64,000 bases of DNA from Antedon mediterranea. Lineage: Eukaryota; Animalia; Echinodermata. The DNA is taken from positions 18,845,648 to 18,909,647 of the forward strand of contig NC_092673.1 in the NCBI RefSeq assembly GCF_964355755.1, given 5' to 3'. Made by a program: the position numbers and the translations under genes. Shown in pieces: positions 40,147-54,100 of this stretch. The notes below the pieces were generated by a model. That model worked only from the letters and a program-made list of their open reading frames with translations, did no database searches and was not told where the DNA came from. Numbering within the stretch: position 1 is the first letter of the stretch; every line of letters starts with the position of its first letter.

Positions 40147-40452
40147 TCTGCTTACCAAAAGAGGGGCTCTACTGTATTATACATGAAATGAATTAATATG
40201 CTTGCTGAATTAATTGCCATTTGAAGTCATTGCATTCATTGATTTAAACAAATTTTAATTTATAGATAATTATTTATCACAAAAGAAAACAGTTATTTCT
40301 TAGCTTTATATGGCATGGTTGGGTTTTATATAATAGAATTATATTTTATCAGATGAGAATATTCCATCTGCTATTACGGCTTAGTTTTGCAGGAAAGTGT
40401 CTGCTTACTAGAGGTGTTCTACTGTATTATACATGAAATGAATTAATATGCT
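40147..40452 (+). pseudogene. Truncated, permuted duplicate of the acceptor region and first codons of the Roc-2 P-loop exon
   Basis: Near-identical to 50950-51218, including tattttatcag|atgagaatattccatctgctattac; reads DENIPSAITA then TAG. Confidence 0.75.
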
Positions 40453-43250
40453 GATAATCTATACATTGTTACAACATGCTGTTATTAGCTGTGATATCTT
40501 CATTCCTCTTACCAGTAGTAGTACAACATAATCATTATTGATAATCTATACATTGTTACAACACGCTGCTATTAGCTGTGATATCTTCATTCCTCTTACC
40601 AGTAGTAGTACAACATAATCATTATTGATAATCTATACATTGTTACAACACGCTGCTATTAGCTGTGATATCTTCATTCCTCTTACCAGTTGTAGTACTA
40701 TTAGAATCATTATTGATAATCTATACATTGTTACAACATGCTGCTATTAGCTGTGATATCTTCATTCCTCTTACCAGTAGTAGTACTATTAGAATCATTA
40801 TTGATAATCTATACATTGTTACAACATGCTGCTATTAGCTGTGATATCTTCATTCCTCTTACCAGTAGTAGTACTATCAGAATCATTATTGATAATCTAT
40901 CCATTGTTACAACATGCTGCTATTAGCTGTGATATCTTCATTCCTCTTACCAGTAGTAGTACTATCAGAATCATTATTGATAATCTATACATTGTTACAA
41001 CATGCTGCTATTAGCTGTGATATCTTCATTCCTCTTACCAGTTGTAGTACTATTATAATCATTATTGATAATCTATACATTGTTACAACATGCTGCTATT
41101 AGCTGTGATATCTTCATTCCTCTTACCAGTTGTAGTACTATTAGAATCATTATTGATAATCTATACATTGTTACAACATGCTGTTATTAGCTGTGATATC
41201 TTCATTCCTCTTACCAGTAGTAGTACAACATAATCATTATTGATAATCTATACATTGTTACAACATGCTGCTATTAGCTGTGATATCTTCATTCCTCTTA
41301 CCAGTTGTAGTACTATTAGAATCATTATTGATAATCTATACATTGTTACAACATGCTGCTATTAGCTGTGATATCTTCATTTCTCTTTACCAGTAGTAGT
41401 ACTATCAGAGAATCATTATTGATAATCTATACATTGTTACAACATGCTGCTATTAGCTGTGATATCTTCATTCCTCTTACCAGTAGTAGTACTATCACAA
41501 TCATTATTGATAATCTATACATTGTTACAACATGCTGCTATTAGCTGTGATATCTTCATTCCTCTTACCAGTTGTAGTACTATTATAATCATTATTGATA
41601 ATCTATACATTGTTACAACATGCTGCTATTAGCTGTGATATCTTCATTCCTCTTACCAGTTGTAGTACTATTAGAATCATTATTGATAATCTATACATTG
41701 TTACAACATGCTGTTATTAGCTGTGATATCTTCATTCCTCTTACCAGTAGTAGTACAACATAATCATTATTGATAATCTATACATTGTTACAACATGCTG
41801 CTATTAGCTGTGATATCTTCATTCCTCTTACCAGTTGTAGTACTATTAGAATCATTATTGATAATCTATACATTGTTACAACATGCTGCTATTAGCTGTG
41901 ATATCTTCATTCCTCTTTACCAGTAGTAGTACTATCAGAGAATCATTATTGATAATCTATACATTGTTACAACATGCTGCTACTAGCTGTGATATCTTCA
42001 TTCCTCTTAATACCAGTAGTAGTACTATCAGAATCAATATTGATAATCTATACATTGTTACAACATGCTGCTATTAGCTGTGATATCTTCATTCCTCTTA
42101 CCAGTAGTAGTACTATCAGAATCATTATTGATAATCTATACATTGTTAAAACATGCTGCTATTAGCAGTGATATCTTCATTCCTCTTACCAGTAGTAGTA
42201 CAACATAATCATTATTGATAATCTATAAATTGTTACAACATGCTGCTATTAGCTGTGATATCTGTATTCCTCTTACCAGTAGTAGTACTATCAGAATCAT
42301 TATTGATAATCTATACATTGTTACAACATGCTGCTATTAGCTGTGATATGTTCATTCCTCTTACCAGTAGTAGTACTATCAGAATCATTATTGATAATCT
42401 ATACATTGTTACAACATGCTGCTATTAGCTGTGATATCTTCATTCCTCTTACCAGTAGTAGTACTATCAGAATCATAATTGATAATCTATACATTGTTAC
42501 ATCATGCTGCTATTAGCTGTGATATCTTCATTCCTCTAATACCAGTAGTAGTACTATCAGAATCATTATTGATAATCTATACATTGTTACAACATGCTGC
42601 TATTAGCTGTGATATGTTCATTCCTCTTACCAGTAGTAGTACTATCAGAATCATTATTGATAATCTATACATTGTTACAACATGCTGCTATTAGCTGTGA
42701 TATCTTCATTCCTCTTACCAGTAGTAGTACTATCAGAATCATTATTGATAACCTATACATTGTTACAACATGCTGCTATTAGCTGTGATATCTTCATTCC
42801 TCTTACCAGTAGTAGTACAGAATCATTATTGATAATCTATAAATTGTTACAACATGCTGCTATTAGCTGTGATATCTTTATTCCTCTTACCAGTAGTAGT
42901 ACTATCAGAATCATTATTGATAATCTATACATTGTTACAACATGCTGCTATTAGCTGTGATATCTTTATTCCTCTTACCAGTAGTAGTACTATCAGAATC
43001 ATTATTGATAATCTATACATTGTTACAACATGCTGCTATTAGCTGTGGTATCTTCATTCCTCTTACCAGTAGTAGTACTATCAGAATCATTATTGATAAT
43101 CTATACATTGTTACAACATGCTGCTATTAGCTGTGATATCTTTATTCCTCTTAGTAGTAGTACTATCAGAATCATTATTGATAATCTGTACATTGTTACA
43201 ACATGCTGCTATTAGCTGTGATACCTTCAGTTCTCTTACCAGTAGTAGTT
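40452..43250. repeat. Satellite, 88-bp unit, ~32 copies
   Basis: Unit gataatctatacattgttacaacatgctgctattagctgtgatatcttcattcctcttaccagtagtagtactatcagaatcattatt; same family as 61520-64000. Confidence 0.99.
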
Positions 43251-43329
43251 CTAGTAGAATCACAGGATGTAATCACACCCCACTAAAAAAAGTACAAATG
43301 ATCAATGTTATTATAGGATTTAACTTGAT

Positions 43330-46300
43330 ACGGACGTGTTCACGTGGAGCTCTCTAAGCTACATTTGTTTACGCTTCTGCTCACCTTGCTACCCCTCACT
43401 GGCATTCATCGCCTGTAATACTTTTGGAGCATCAGAGCCACTCCTTGGGCCTAACTCGCTCTCATACCATCGTTGCCGCGCCTCAATCTTGACACTGTAG
43501 TTGTCGTTTTGATCAGTACAGTATTGGAGCTATTTTAACAGAGATTCCGACCCGGAATTTTATTTAGCAAGTCGTGATCCTATTCGGAATTGGACCCGGA
43601 ATTTCAATCAGCAATTTGTGTTCACGGAGCAGAGTATGGCGGCGGTAAGATGTGCCATTGTAAACTTTCGTTTTTTAATTGCACTGACTTGTACTGTTAT
43701 ATTTATGATTCATAGTCCTGATAAATCATTACCTATGAAGTTATATTCATCAATTAGTGGCGACGTGCATAAATATATGTATTATAATTACATCGATCAG
43801 TACGGGACACAATCTTTTGTTTTTCGCGCTATTCACGCTCCATTTATCATCAACAATGGATTCGTAGCCAGGCCACACAAACGGACATTTTTCAAAGCAC
43901 CAACACAGTACTATCCAAACTCAACCGCCAACTTTAAAGTATTGCTCACGTCCGGGGATGTCCATTCTAATCCAGGACCAGTCAACAACTCTGACAAATC
44001 CCGTAGTGATCGACCAACCAAAAAATCTGTTTCGGTTTTACTCTCAAACTGTCGCAGTATTCGCAATAAGTCTCTTGATTTGGCTATTTTCTGCGATACT
44101 AAATCAGATGGATTAGACATTATATGCTTAACGGAAACATGGTTGAACTCCGAGGATGATACGCAGATGTTACATTTTTCTAATAAATTTGACATTTTTC
44201 GTCGCGATCGCGAATCTGTTACCCGTGGCGGAGGTTTACTGATTGGTATAAACAGCACATTGCAATCAAAGGTTATTGCATCTGAACTGAACATTGAAAT
44301 GTTATGGGTCTCTATCACATGTCACAACAAATCGCATCTGTTATGCCTTGTGTACAGACCCCCAGACTCAACTGTTTCTTATTGGGATCAATTTGAATTT
44401 GCACTAGCTAGCCAAGAACATTCATTCCATAAATATGAATCGGTTGTTGTTTTGGGCGACTTTAATATCAATTGGCCAAATGCACCACATACATTCATCG
44501 ACGTGTTAAACATGTATGGTTTCGATCAATTAGTAAACCAAAATACTCGACCTTCCACAAACGCTAATGATGGCTCACAGATAGATCTCGTGTTCTCAAA
44601 CACGGGATGGGATCCTCAGTAAGAAATATAAGCGTCATTGACAATCCAGTCGAGAGCGACCACCATGCAATTGAATTTGATATCGATTGTCGTCTCTGTT
44701 TACCAACTACATCCACAATACGCTCATTTATTAAGTGGAACAGCGGTGACTTCCATCATCTAAATAATCTCTTGCATTTGGCACCTTGGAGTATGTTCCT
44801 TAACGAAAATGACGTAAACGCATCATGGAGTGGCTTCATGGACATTATTGATGCCGCAGTTCGCGATACTTCCCCGAGGGTCAAAAGCAGAGCACGTAAA
44901 CAGAGCAGTCCATGGATAACTAAGGATATTAAACATATGATTCAGAAGAAAAAGAAACTTTTTAAAAAATCTAGACGCTCTGGCATACAAGAACACTGGG
45001 ATGCTCACAAGAAATGGCGAAACAAAGTTCACTATGCCATCAGGAAATCATATAAGGATTACGTAAACAATCTATTCAGATCCGCTGACAATAAAAAACG
45101 TTTTTTTGCGTTTTTGAAAGAAAAACGTTCATCTTCTTTACCCAGTAAATTTATTAATCCAACGAATAACTCTCATTACTCCAACATTGAAGACATTTAA
45201 TGATGTTAACGTTCATTTTAATTTTAACGAACCTCCCCCCTGTTCTCTTAAAATCCCTGTACTTGCTGATATTTCATTTAGTCCGAATGATATAATTAAC
45301 ACCATATCTACATTTCGGTCTAATTCCGCTCCTGGACCAGACTTAATATCAGTCAAATTACTCAAGCCGATATCGCATTCAATTGCATATCCCCTTTGGT
45401 TGCTGTATCGTACTTCCCTTAATACTGGTACTGTGCCCAATGATTGGAAATGTGTAAATACTATTCCAGTTCATAAATCTGGCGATAAGGCAGCGATAAC
45501 TAATTATAGACCAGTGGCCCTTTCCTCATTGGTGTGTAAAATTTTAGAGAAGATTATCGTAAATAACATTAATAACTTTACGTATGACAACGGTTTACTT
45601 AACCCTAATCAACATGGTTTTGTCAAACATAAATCTTGCGTAACTCAACTCAATAATGTTACCTATCACTGGTCAAAAATTCTTGACAAACGTGAGCCAG
45701 CAATTATTGATACTCTGTTTTTAGACATGAGCAAAGCATTTGATAAAATGCCCTTCGACATCTTATTAACAAAAATTGCTGTAAATTTTAATATTCAAGG
45801 TAATATCTGGAAATGGATATCTTCATACTTGACTGACAGGAATCAGAAAGTTTGTTTCAGGGGGGCTACTTCTTCCGTACTTTCAGTCACATCGGGTATA
45901 CCTCAGGGCAGTTGTCTTGGTCCAATTTTATTCAATATGTTTGTGAACGATGTTAATCATAATGTTTCTTCTGAATGTTTTCTTTTTGCAGATGATATAA
46001 TACTATATAGACACAGACAAAATGCCAACGATATTGTTAATTTGCAAAATGATATAAATATTTTATCTAATTGGGCTGATAAGAATCAAATGAAATTCAA
46101 TGTCAACAAAACTAAATTAATGCATATCACCAGAAAGCGTAACTTTGTTAAGCCGTTGTACTTTCTTAATGGTGAGACAATTGCGGTGGTTGATAGCCAT
46201 AAACATTTAGGAGTACATATCGATTCTAAACTGAATTGGAATGTTCAAATCGATAATCTAATATCTAAAGCTAATCGAATGTTAGGCTTTATTTTTTCTG

Positions 46301-47025
46301 TAGCCGGAAATTGTTCTCCAGACGCGATTTCGTGTCTGTACAAAACTTTGGTGCTACCTATTCTAGAGTATGGTTTGCCGGCGTGGGGCCCCAGAAATGG
46401 AGGACACATAAAACGCCTCGAACAGGTTCAGCGACGGGCCTCTAGATGTATTCTGGGGCCCCACTGCAGACCTATATCATACGACGAACGTTTAATAACT
46501 TTGGGTTGGTTATCCTTACGTGATAGACGTTTAATGATTTTAATTTCCTTTATATTTCGTTGTTTTTATAATGTAACTTTTTGTAGTACTGTAAATAACA
46601 ATATCCATATCAATCAACGCCATCCTGAATTACTCACATTTTTCCACCCTTTTGCACGTACCGATACTTTAAAATATTCGTCTATCAACAATTTTCCTGT
46701 TATATGGTCATCACTACCCTCCATAATCAAAGATCAAGCAGTTACTCTTCCTTTGAAAAATTTCCTGTCGAAATTGAAAAAATATCTGCTTGATCAACGC
46801 TAAATTTATTTTAATTGTATAGGTGTATTTTAAATTGTGTAACACAGTAATACAAATTAATTAAATTTTTTATATATTCTGTATATTTTTTATTCATTTT
46901 TAACTTGTATTAAGTTGTATGTTACAGGGGTTGCGGACACAAATGTGTTATGGCGCTCTGTTGCTGTCGCAACCCCTGGACCGCTTGTTGTCGAATAAAG
47001 AAATGAAAAAATGAAATGAAATGAA
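43330..47025 (+). mobile_element. Near-full-length CR1/L2-group non-LTR retrotransposon, APE + RT, two frameshifts
   Basis: ORFs 43618-44622, 44607-45200 and 45187-46803. APE motifs NCRSIRNK, CLTETWL, GDFN, IDLVF, SDHH; RT motifs FLDMSKAFD, GIPQGSCLGP, FADD. 3' stem-loop caggggttgcg..cgcaacccctg and (gaaat)n tail. The 5' boundary is approximate. Confidence 0.93.
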
Positions 47026-47290
47026 AGGATAATATCCTGTTGAAGTCTAAAATCTGTACTCTACACTCTTTAATATAATTGAGACAATCCCCAAATCATT
47101 TCCTTTTGTTATGTTCTGTAGCAATAATGTCACTCGGCAGTGACAATACCTGCTAAATGTGGTGTTCACAAAAGTAAATTGTTGCCTATAAACAACAGTT
47201 ACACTTGTGATAACATGCTCTGTCATAGCTTGCATCCTAGCATATAGTATTGAATGAATTATTGTTTTATCATTATTTCATTTGTTACAG

Positions 47291-47323
47291 CTGATGATGT
47301 TGGGACATCCGGTTCAAATCAAG
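47291..47323 (+). CDS. 33-nt phase 1-1 linker exon (ADDVGTSGSNQ)
   Basis: tttgttacag|ctgatg...aatcaag|gtatgt; the frame matches both the 39307 donor and the DED exon. Confidence 0.7.
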
Positions 47324-47478
47324 GTATGTTAAATTTACTATAAATAATATTTGGATAATACTATTACTCTACTAATTTCCTTAAGAACTCCCTCTCACCA
47401 TTTTTAGAGAGAATCATTATTTTAAACTTTTTTGTGTGTACTTATATTGATGGTATCATACTCATTTTTCCATTCCAG

Positions 47479-48015
47479 AAATCTCAGAGTATGAGTTCCG
47501 GCAACTGTTAACTGATACAGCAGCATGGTTTGATGGACTTGGATATCTCAAAATATTGAAAGTTTTATACAAAGACCATCTTTCAAAATCGAATGTAGAG
47601 GTGGAAAGAGCTAGAAGTGTTTGGGATCTGCTACAGGATTTAAGAGCCTCAGGAAGTTTGAGACCATCAAACCTTACTATTCTATATGACACAATAACAG
47701 TAACCAAGCAATTTGGCTTCAAGTCAAACGTTGAGAATCAACCACCAGAAGATATTAAGAAACATGTAGTATCAATGTTGACACCTTTCAGACAGAAGGT
47801 TTATCAACTTGGAGTAGAACTTACGAAGGATGAAGTATCAACACTTGCCAGGTTATTTAACAATGTATTGGTAAAGACATATCAAGACAGCTGGAGTATG
47901 ATTATGGACTTTGAACATAGAGGGATCATTGATAAGGATTTCACAAAGATGGTTGAGTTTCTTAGAGTTTCAGAACAAAATGGAATGACAAAAGCTAGGA
48001 AGATTTTCATTGATG
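47479..48015 (+). CDS. Phase 1-1 exon encoding tandem death effector domain-like folds (DED-DED)
   Basis: 179 open codons: EYEFRQLL..LKILKVLYKDHL..VERARSVWDLLQDLRASGSLRPSNLTILYDTI, then TPFRQKVYQLGVELTKDEVSTLARLF..SMIMDFEHRGII. The pattern resembles caspase-8/cFLIP tandem DEDs. Confidence 0.75.
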
Positions 48016-48836
48016 GTTGGTTGGTTTATTTGTTTTTAGTTCATCATCATGTTTCATTGTTAAAACATATAGTAAATACTGTAGTACACTACAATCAAGT
48101 AAAAGTACTGTAACAAATTAAACATTTTAGGCAGATTCAAATTATTAGGATGTCCCTGTCTGTCTGCTGTTATAGTTGATTAAGGATATCAACCAACATT
48201 CGGTTAAATGGCAATTAGACTGAATTGAATGACAAGTTAGTAAAATAACAATAATATGCTCAATGAGTCCAATGGAAAATGAGCTGAACTGAAAAATATG
48301 TGTGTATTCCATGATATTATCCCTATCAATCAGATTGACTCAAACCTTTGGAACATAATAATAATCTGCATTTTAAAATTGCGAATGACTCATAATTCCT
48401 GTAAGGCTCAGCATACCATTTGAAGGTCAAAGTACCGACTCTGAGGCTGATTCAGACCTTTGCTATTGCAAAAGGATCATTAAGTTGTATAAGAAAGCCA
48501 CAGGTTGACAGCATACCCATCACCACCTCAGTGCCAATTTATGCAGCCGGACACTTAAACCATTATAAACTTAAGTTTGGATTATATGGCAGCATAAATG
48601 TTGTAAAATTATAGAGATCAACACTTCTGCCTATCCCAGTTTATTTACATTTCCTAATTAAGAGCTTGTTTCAATGACAATTAGCTTACTGAAACACTTC
48701 TTTTAATCATCATCCATCCTAGGTGGATTGAAAAATCCAAAAGTCATCCAGTAGTCATACTCTACATAATTATATGTATTCTAAATAAGTATATGTCTTC
48801 TGGTACAGGCATGTCTTTTGGTACTGGCACATCTAG

Positions 48837-49877
48837 CAGGCCCGTAGCCAGGGGGGGTTTTTATGGTTCGGGCGAACCCCCCCTTTACAGCGAACCCCCC
48901 TTAACCGACTGCGAACCCCCATCCCCGACATGCCCAATACCTCACCCTCATCTCCAAAAATCCTCCAAATACGTGCCCCACAGTACAAAAAGTTGTTTGT
49001 AAATTGAAAAATTCGTAAACTTGTTCGTGAACCTTCTTCTCTGTATGAGCGTCAACTAGCGATACATGTCTGTAAATTTCTAAAAGCTGCAAATGAATTG
49101 CCGATTTTAACCTGAAAAATAAATGTTTGGTCCCTGCATGTAACATGATATTGACGCGTCTCATAGCGAACTGGGGCACGAACGATTCGTACAAAGGACA
49201 CCGCCAGACAACTGCGTACCTATAATTGTTTAGATCACTGGCAGTCAGGCAGCATGCATAAAGTATATAGCCTTCCGACGTACATCAGTATTTATGTGTG
49301 ACTATGAAGTATAATGTATCATAGAAGATTATAGTGAATATTAATATTTTACACTATAATATATATGGTATCAAGTACTGTAGTTCACATTATGGCATCC
49401 GATTATTTTTTTCTAGACCACCAGCCGATACGTACTAAAATGTATCAATATCACCTATTTAAATATTTATATTCCTCAACAAATTGCTGTAAATAAATAT
49501 TATAGATAGAGCTAGCAAATAGCATTTGCCTTCAACCAGTGTGCTTTTTTCGGGGGCTGCTCCTAGATGTACGTTCGCATTGAACTTGAACGCAAAACAA
49601 AATACGGAGTAAATGATCAAACAATCGGCGGTTCCGCACAGAGCACGCGCATCTAACATACGGCAACAAATAGTTATCGTCGTGTTTGAGAAGGAGGAAA
49701 AAAGTACGATCTTTTTGCTCATTGGTAGCATGCTGCACGAGAGTGTCTTTTCCGGCCATCTAGGGGTGTCATTTAACAAAATTCGCTTCGCATCAGGCCC
49801 CACCCCCAGGGGGGGGGGGTTGACCCAAATATTTAGTGTCCGAACCCCCCCCTTGACAGATCCTGGCTACGGCCCTG
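48837..49877. mobile_element. Second hAT-like element with 5-bp TSD
   Basis: caggcccgtagccagg ... cctggctacggccctg; TSD tctag/tctag. Its left end is the reverse complement of the right end of 34132-36052. Confidence 0.8.
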
Positions 49878-50202
49878 TCTAGGTCTTATGATGCAAGTGT
49901 GTCTTCTGGTGCAGGCGCATCTTCTGGTGCAGGTGTGTCTTCTGATGCAGGTGTGTCTTATAGTGCGTAAAAAAACAACATTTCCCGCACAATTTCACAT
50001 AAATATCTGTATTCTGACAGATTTGCAAAATGTTTAGTTAACAAATTTTAGAACTTCAAACACTTTACAACTTCCCAAACAAAAGTTGCGGAAAGAAGTA
50101 TAAAGGAAAAAAAAGAAATCTTATAATCACAATGGAACCAATCAAGTTGATGATATAACTATTTATTACACCTAAGTAGATTCTTGTCATTTTATTGAAC
50201 AA

Positions 50203-50752
50203 TTCTTACTTGAAATCTTACTTGAATCTTCGGGCTCTTGATTAAGGCAAATGCCTTTTAAACGCCCTCCATTTCTTCTGTATTTATCTAGAATTGGTAG
50301 CAAAATTTATCTCCCATTGCTCTGTCTTTGTTTAGTTGATCTTTGAATGCATTTATGTTTTCTGCTTGTACTGTAGTGTGGTATAGATTGTTCCATGTGT
50401 TGACGATTCTACATGAAAAGGAGTGGCTTCTGATTTTCAGTCGGGCTCTTGGCTTTCTTAATTTGAATTGATGGCCCCTTGTTCTACTGTCCTCTCTAAA
50501 GTCAAAAAAGGTTTCGGCTTCAATATCATCCAAGCCCTTGATAATTTTAAACACTTGTATAATGTCCGCTCTCCTTCTTCTGTAATTCAGTGTAGGTAAT
50601 CCAAGCTCTTTAAATCTCTGATCGTAAGATTTATCTCTTAACTTTTTGACAATTTTAGTGGCCCTACGCTGCACTCTTTCAAGCTTATCCAAATCACCTT
50701 TTAGGAGAGGGTACCATATACAGCTTGCGTATTCCAGATGAGGTCGAATTGG
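50203..50752 (-). mobile_element. 3' fragment of a CR1 LINE
   Basis: RPHLEYASCIW..LERVQRRATK..LGLPTLNYRRRRADIIQVFKII..RTRGHQFKL..VNTWNNL, plus a short repeated ttcaagtaaga tail. Confidence 0.88.
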
Positions 50753-51190
50753 GTCACATGATGTAAAAATAACTGAACTAAATGTTATATACAATACATG
50801 TACTGCAATTTTGCGGTGGAAATCCAATATTGCCGCCATTTTTTTACTTGACTTTGGCATATAAACAATAACATTTTGGAGAGCTATTTTATGTACTAAT
50901 TTAGACCAAAGAAGCACTTAAATTAAAAAAAAACATATATTGCCTCTGTTTTGCAGGAAGTGTCTGCTTACTAGAGGTGTCCCAAAAGAGGGGCTCTACT
51001 GTATTATACATGAAATGAATTAATATGCTTGCTGGATTAATTGCCATTTGAAGTCATTGCATTAATTGATTTAAACAAATTTTAATTTATAGATAATTAT
51101 TTATCACAAAAGAAAACAGTTATTGATTTTTTATTTCTTAGCCTTATATGGCATGGTTGGTTTTTATATAATAAAATTATATTTTATCAG

Positions 51191-54100
51191 ATGAGAATAT
51201 TCCATCTGCTATTACTGCTCATGGTACAGATGTTCAGGAAGTGTACACTAAGGCATTGACTGAGGGATCTGTCAAAATCAATCTTGGAATGCTTAAAGTG
51301 ATTGGGCTGGAAGGAGTAGGTAAAACATGCCTCATAAATGCTTGTCTTGGAAAGAAGTAAGTACTAGTTAAAGGACAGTGAAATTAACTATGAAATATGC
51401 AAGTTAACTATTAAAAAAATAATGATTCATTTTAAAAACCAATTCCCTAATATCGCAGCCTTAAAAGTAACTCAAGTTCACTAATGGTTTCAAATTTATT
51501 TATTTTTTTAATTTATTTATTTATTCGGTATATAAATATATATTACAAAACGACAGTCAAGGACTGAAATGAAATGTATTACAAATGACTAAAAATTAGT
51601 TAAAATTGCTATAAAAATAGAAACATCTTAATAAAATTAGATATCGTACCATACAATTAAAAACATACATGAATAAAAAACCTTAAAACATTCACTTATT
51701 ACATATCTAAAAAAGAGCTAGTGGTGCCTATTAATTATATCCACCATGGTGGGAACTGGAGACGACCTAAGTCTGCTGGTTTTACAATGAGGTACTTCTA
51801 GAAAGCGGTTGACTCTGAGAGACCGAGCTGGCTTATGAAGAGGGGGAAGTATTTCTCTAAACAGCTCGGATTTTCACTTCAAATTTAACTCCAAGCATAA
51901 TGTTTACAGCACTTAAAAGTGACCCAAGTTCTTTATTGTTTTCAAATGATTTTCACTTCAGATTTAATCGCAACCATGAAGTTACAGATGGAATAGCAGT
52001 GATAAGAACTGTAAGCACAACATGGAAAGAGGATACAGAGGATAGTGGTAAACATGAATAAATTTAGCTTTTCATCCCTCTTGCAGTGAATTATGATAAA
52101 CTATTGAAAGATAATTGGAGATCAATACCACTACTGACATATAGTAGTATATTATTGGATACTATGTTAATGTTGATATGAACAGTCATGTAACTGACTG
52201 ATTTCTGCATGATTTTTTTTTCACATATTAAATATTGTTACTCCTGATCTTTTCTGATGCAAAACATTTGATGGTTTGCTTATTTCAGGATTGTATTTCA
52301 TGCAATTTACATATATCAATTAGTTTGAAGTGATAACCTAATAATCAAATATTATTCACTTAAATCAACACAAGGACCTACAGAAATAAATAACTTTGTT
52401 TTGTTATTTTCAGGTAATCCCTCAAAACAGTTTACAAAATTTGTCGCTGACAAAATGAGAACAATGAAAACTGAAAACGTATGTCAACAACATTTTATTT
52501 AAAACATTAAAATAATACAAAAGCCATTTATACTTCTTTTATTTTGGGAAAGATATCAATCTAGTCCACTGGACTTACTAACGTAAGTTCAGTGAACTAG
52601 ATTGATATCTTTCCACACAAAAAATTACACTACCTGGATAAATAAGAATATTCATATCCGCATTTATACTATTATTACTAGCCTAAACTGAGGGGTTTGT
52701 TTTCTTAATGTAAATCAATGATTCTTTAACAAGCAAATCAAAAATAATGTGCTTTGGAAAGTAAATGTATTTTCTATTTAGGTAAATATAAAGAATATTT
52801 AAATTAATATAGCTCATCGACGATGAGCTATGCTCGACGCGATTATGAGATCATGTTCCGAATATGAGCACTGTTTCAATATTTTAATAGTATGATTTAT
52901 AAAGAATATTTAACTATTTATAAGGTTTGTTTTCATTATATGAGTTAGGTTGTCCAGAAACCACCTAAAGATGATAATGATTCTAAAAATATTGAGGGCC
53001 ATGATGATATTAATGACAACCACACCAATATTGAAGACAACTACAACAAAGATGATGATCATGACAACCACAGCAAAGATGATGATCATGACAACCACAG
53101 CAAAGATGATGATCATGACAACCACAGCAAAGATGATGATTATGACAACCACAGCAAAGATGATGATCATGACAAACAGAGCAGTCATGGTAATGATTAG
53201 TTTGTGTAACTTTTAAAATTCTGTTTTTTTAAACAATAGTATTAAGAATTATGTAATATTATATTGATGAATCTTTTTAATGACTGTAACATAACATGTG
53301 TAATACTGAGTTTTGATCCCATTCACAATATAGTGGAGTTATATAACTGTACCTTGATCGTGCCGTTTTACAACCATTGAATTGGAAGGTAATACTGTAT
53401 CTGCTGTAATAGAAATGTAATTATTTGCAGTTCTAAATTAATTTGTTTTTCTAGTATTTTCCAACTTGACTAAATTTATTTGTATTTATATGATTAAATT
53501 AAATTTTGAGTAAAATGCTATACAATTTGTAAAGATAATGACTACAACAGAGATAATGATAATGACTAAAACAATGTGGTGATGATACAATGACTATAAT
53601 AATTATGTATACAAAAACAATGATGAGAATGATTGTTATGAGTATAACATTGTTGGCAATTACATTGATGATGATGACCATGACGATGATGTTAATTATG
53701 ACAAAAACTACAACATAGATGATAAGAGTGATGAAAACTATAACATTGATGATAATAGTGATAAAAACTAAAACATTAATGATATTAGTGATGAAAACTA
53801 TAACATGGATAATAATAGTGATGAAAACTATAACATTGATGATATTAGTGATGAAAACTATAACATTGATGATAATAGTGATGAAAACTATAACATTGAT
53901 GATATTAGTGATGAAAACTATAACATTGATGATAATAGTGATGAAAACTATAACATTGATGATAATAGTGATGAAAACTATAACATTGATGATATTAGTG
54001 ATGAAAACTATAACATTGATGATATTAGTGATGAAAACTATAACATTGATGATAATGAACAATAACAATGATGATAATGATGAAAACTATGATAATCAGA

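Noticed and set aside
40738-43357. Family of ~62-aa hydrophobic ORFs (MLLLAVISS...) here and at 61675-63894
   Set aside because: Artefact of translating an 88-bp satellite through shifting frames.
47294-47323. ATG in the linker exon as the start of a second gene
   Set aside because: The ATG frame ends in phase 0 and does not match the phase-1 DED exon.
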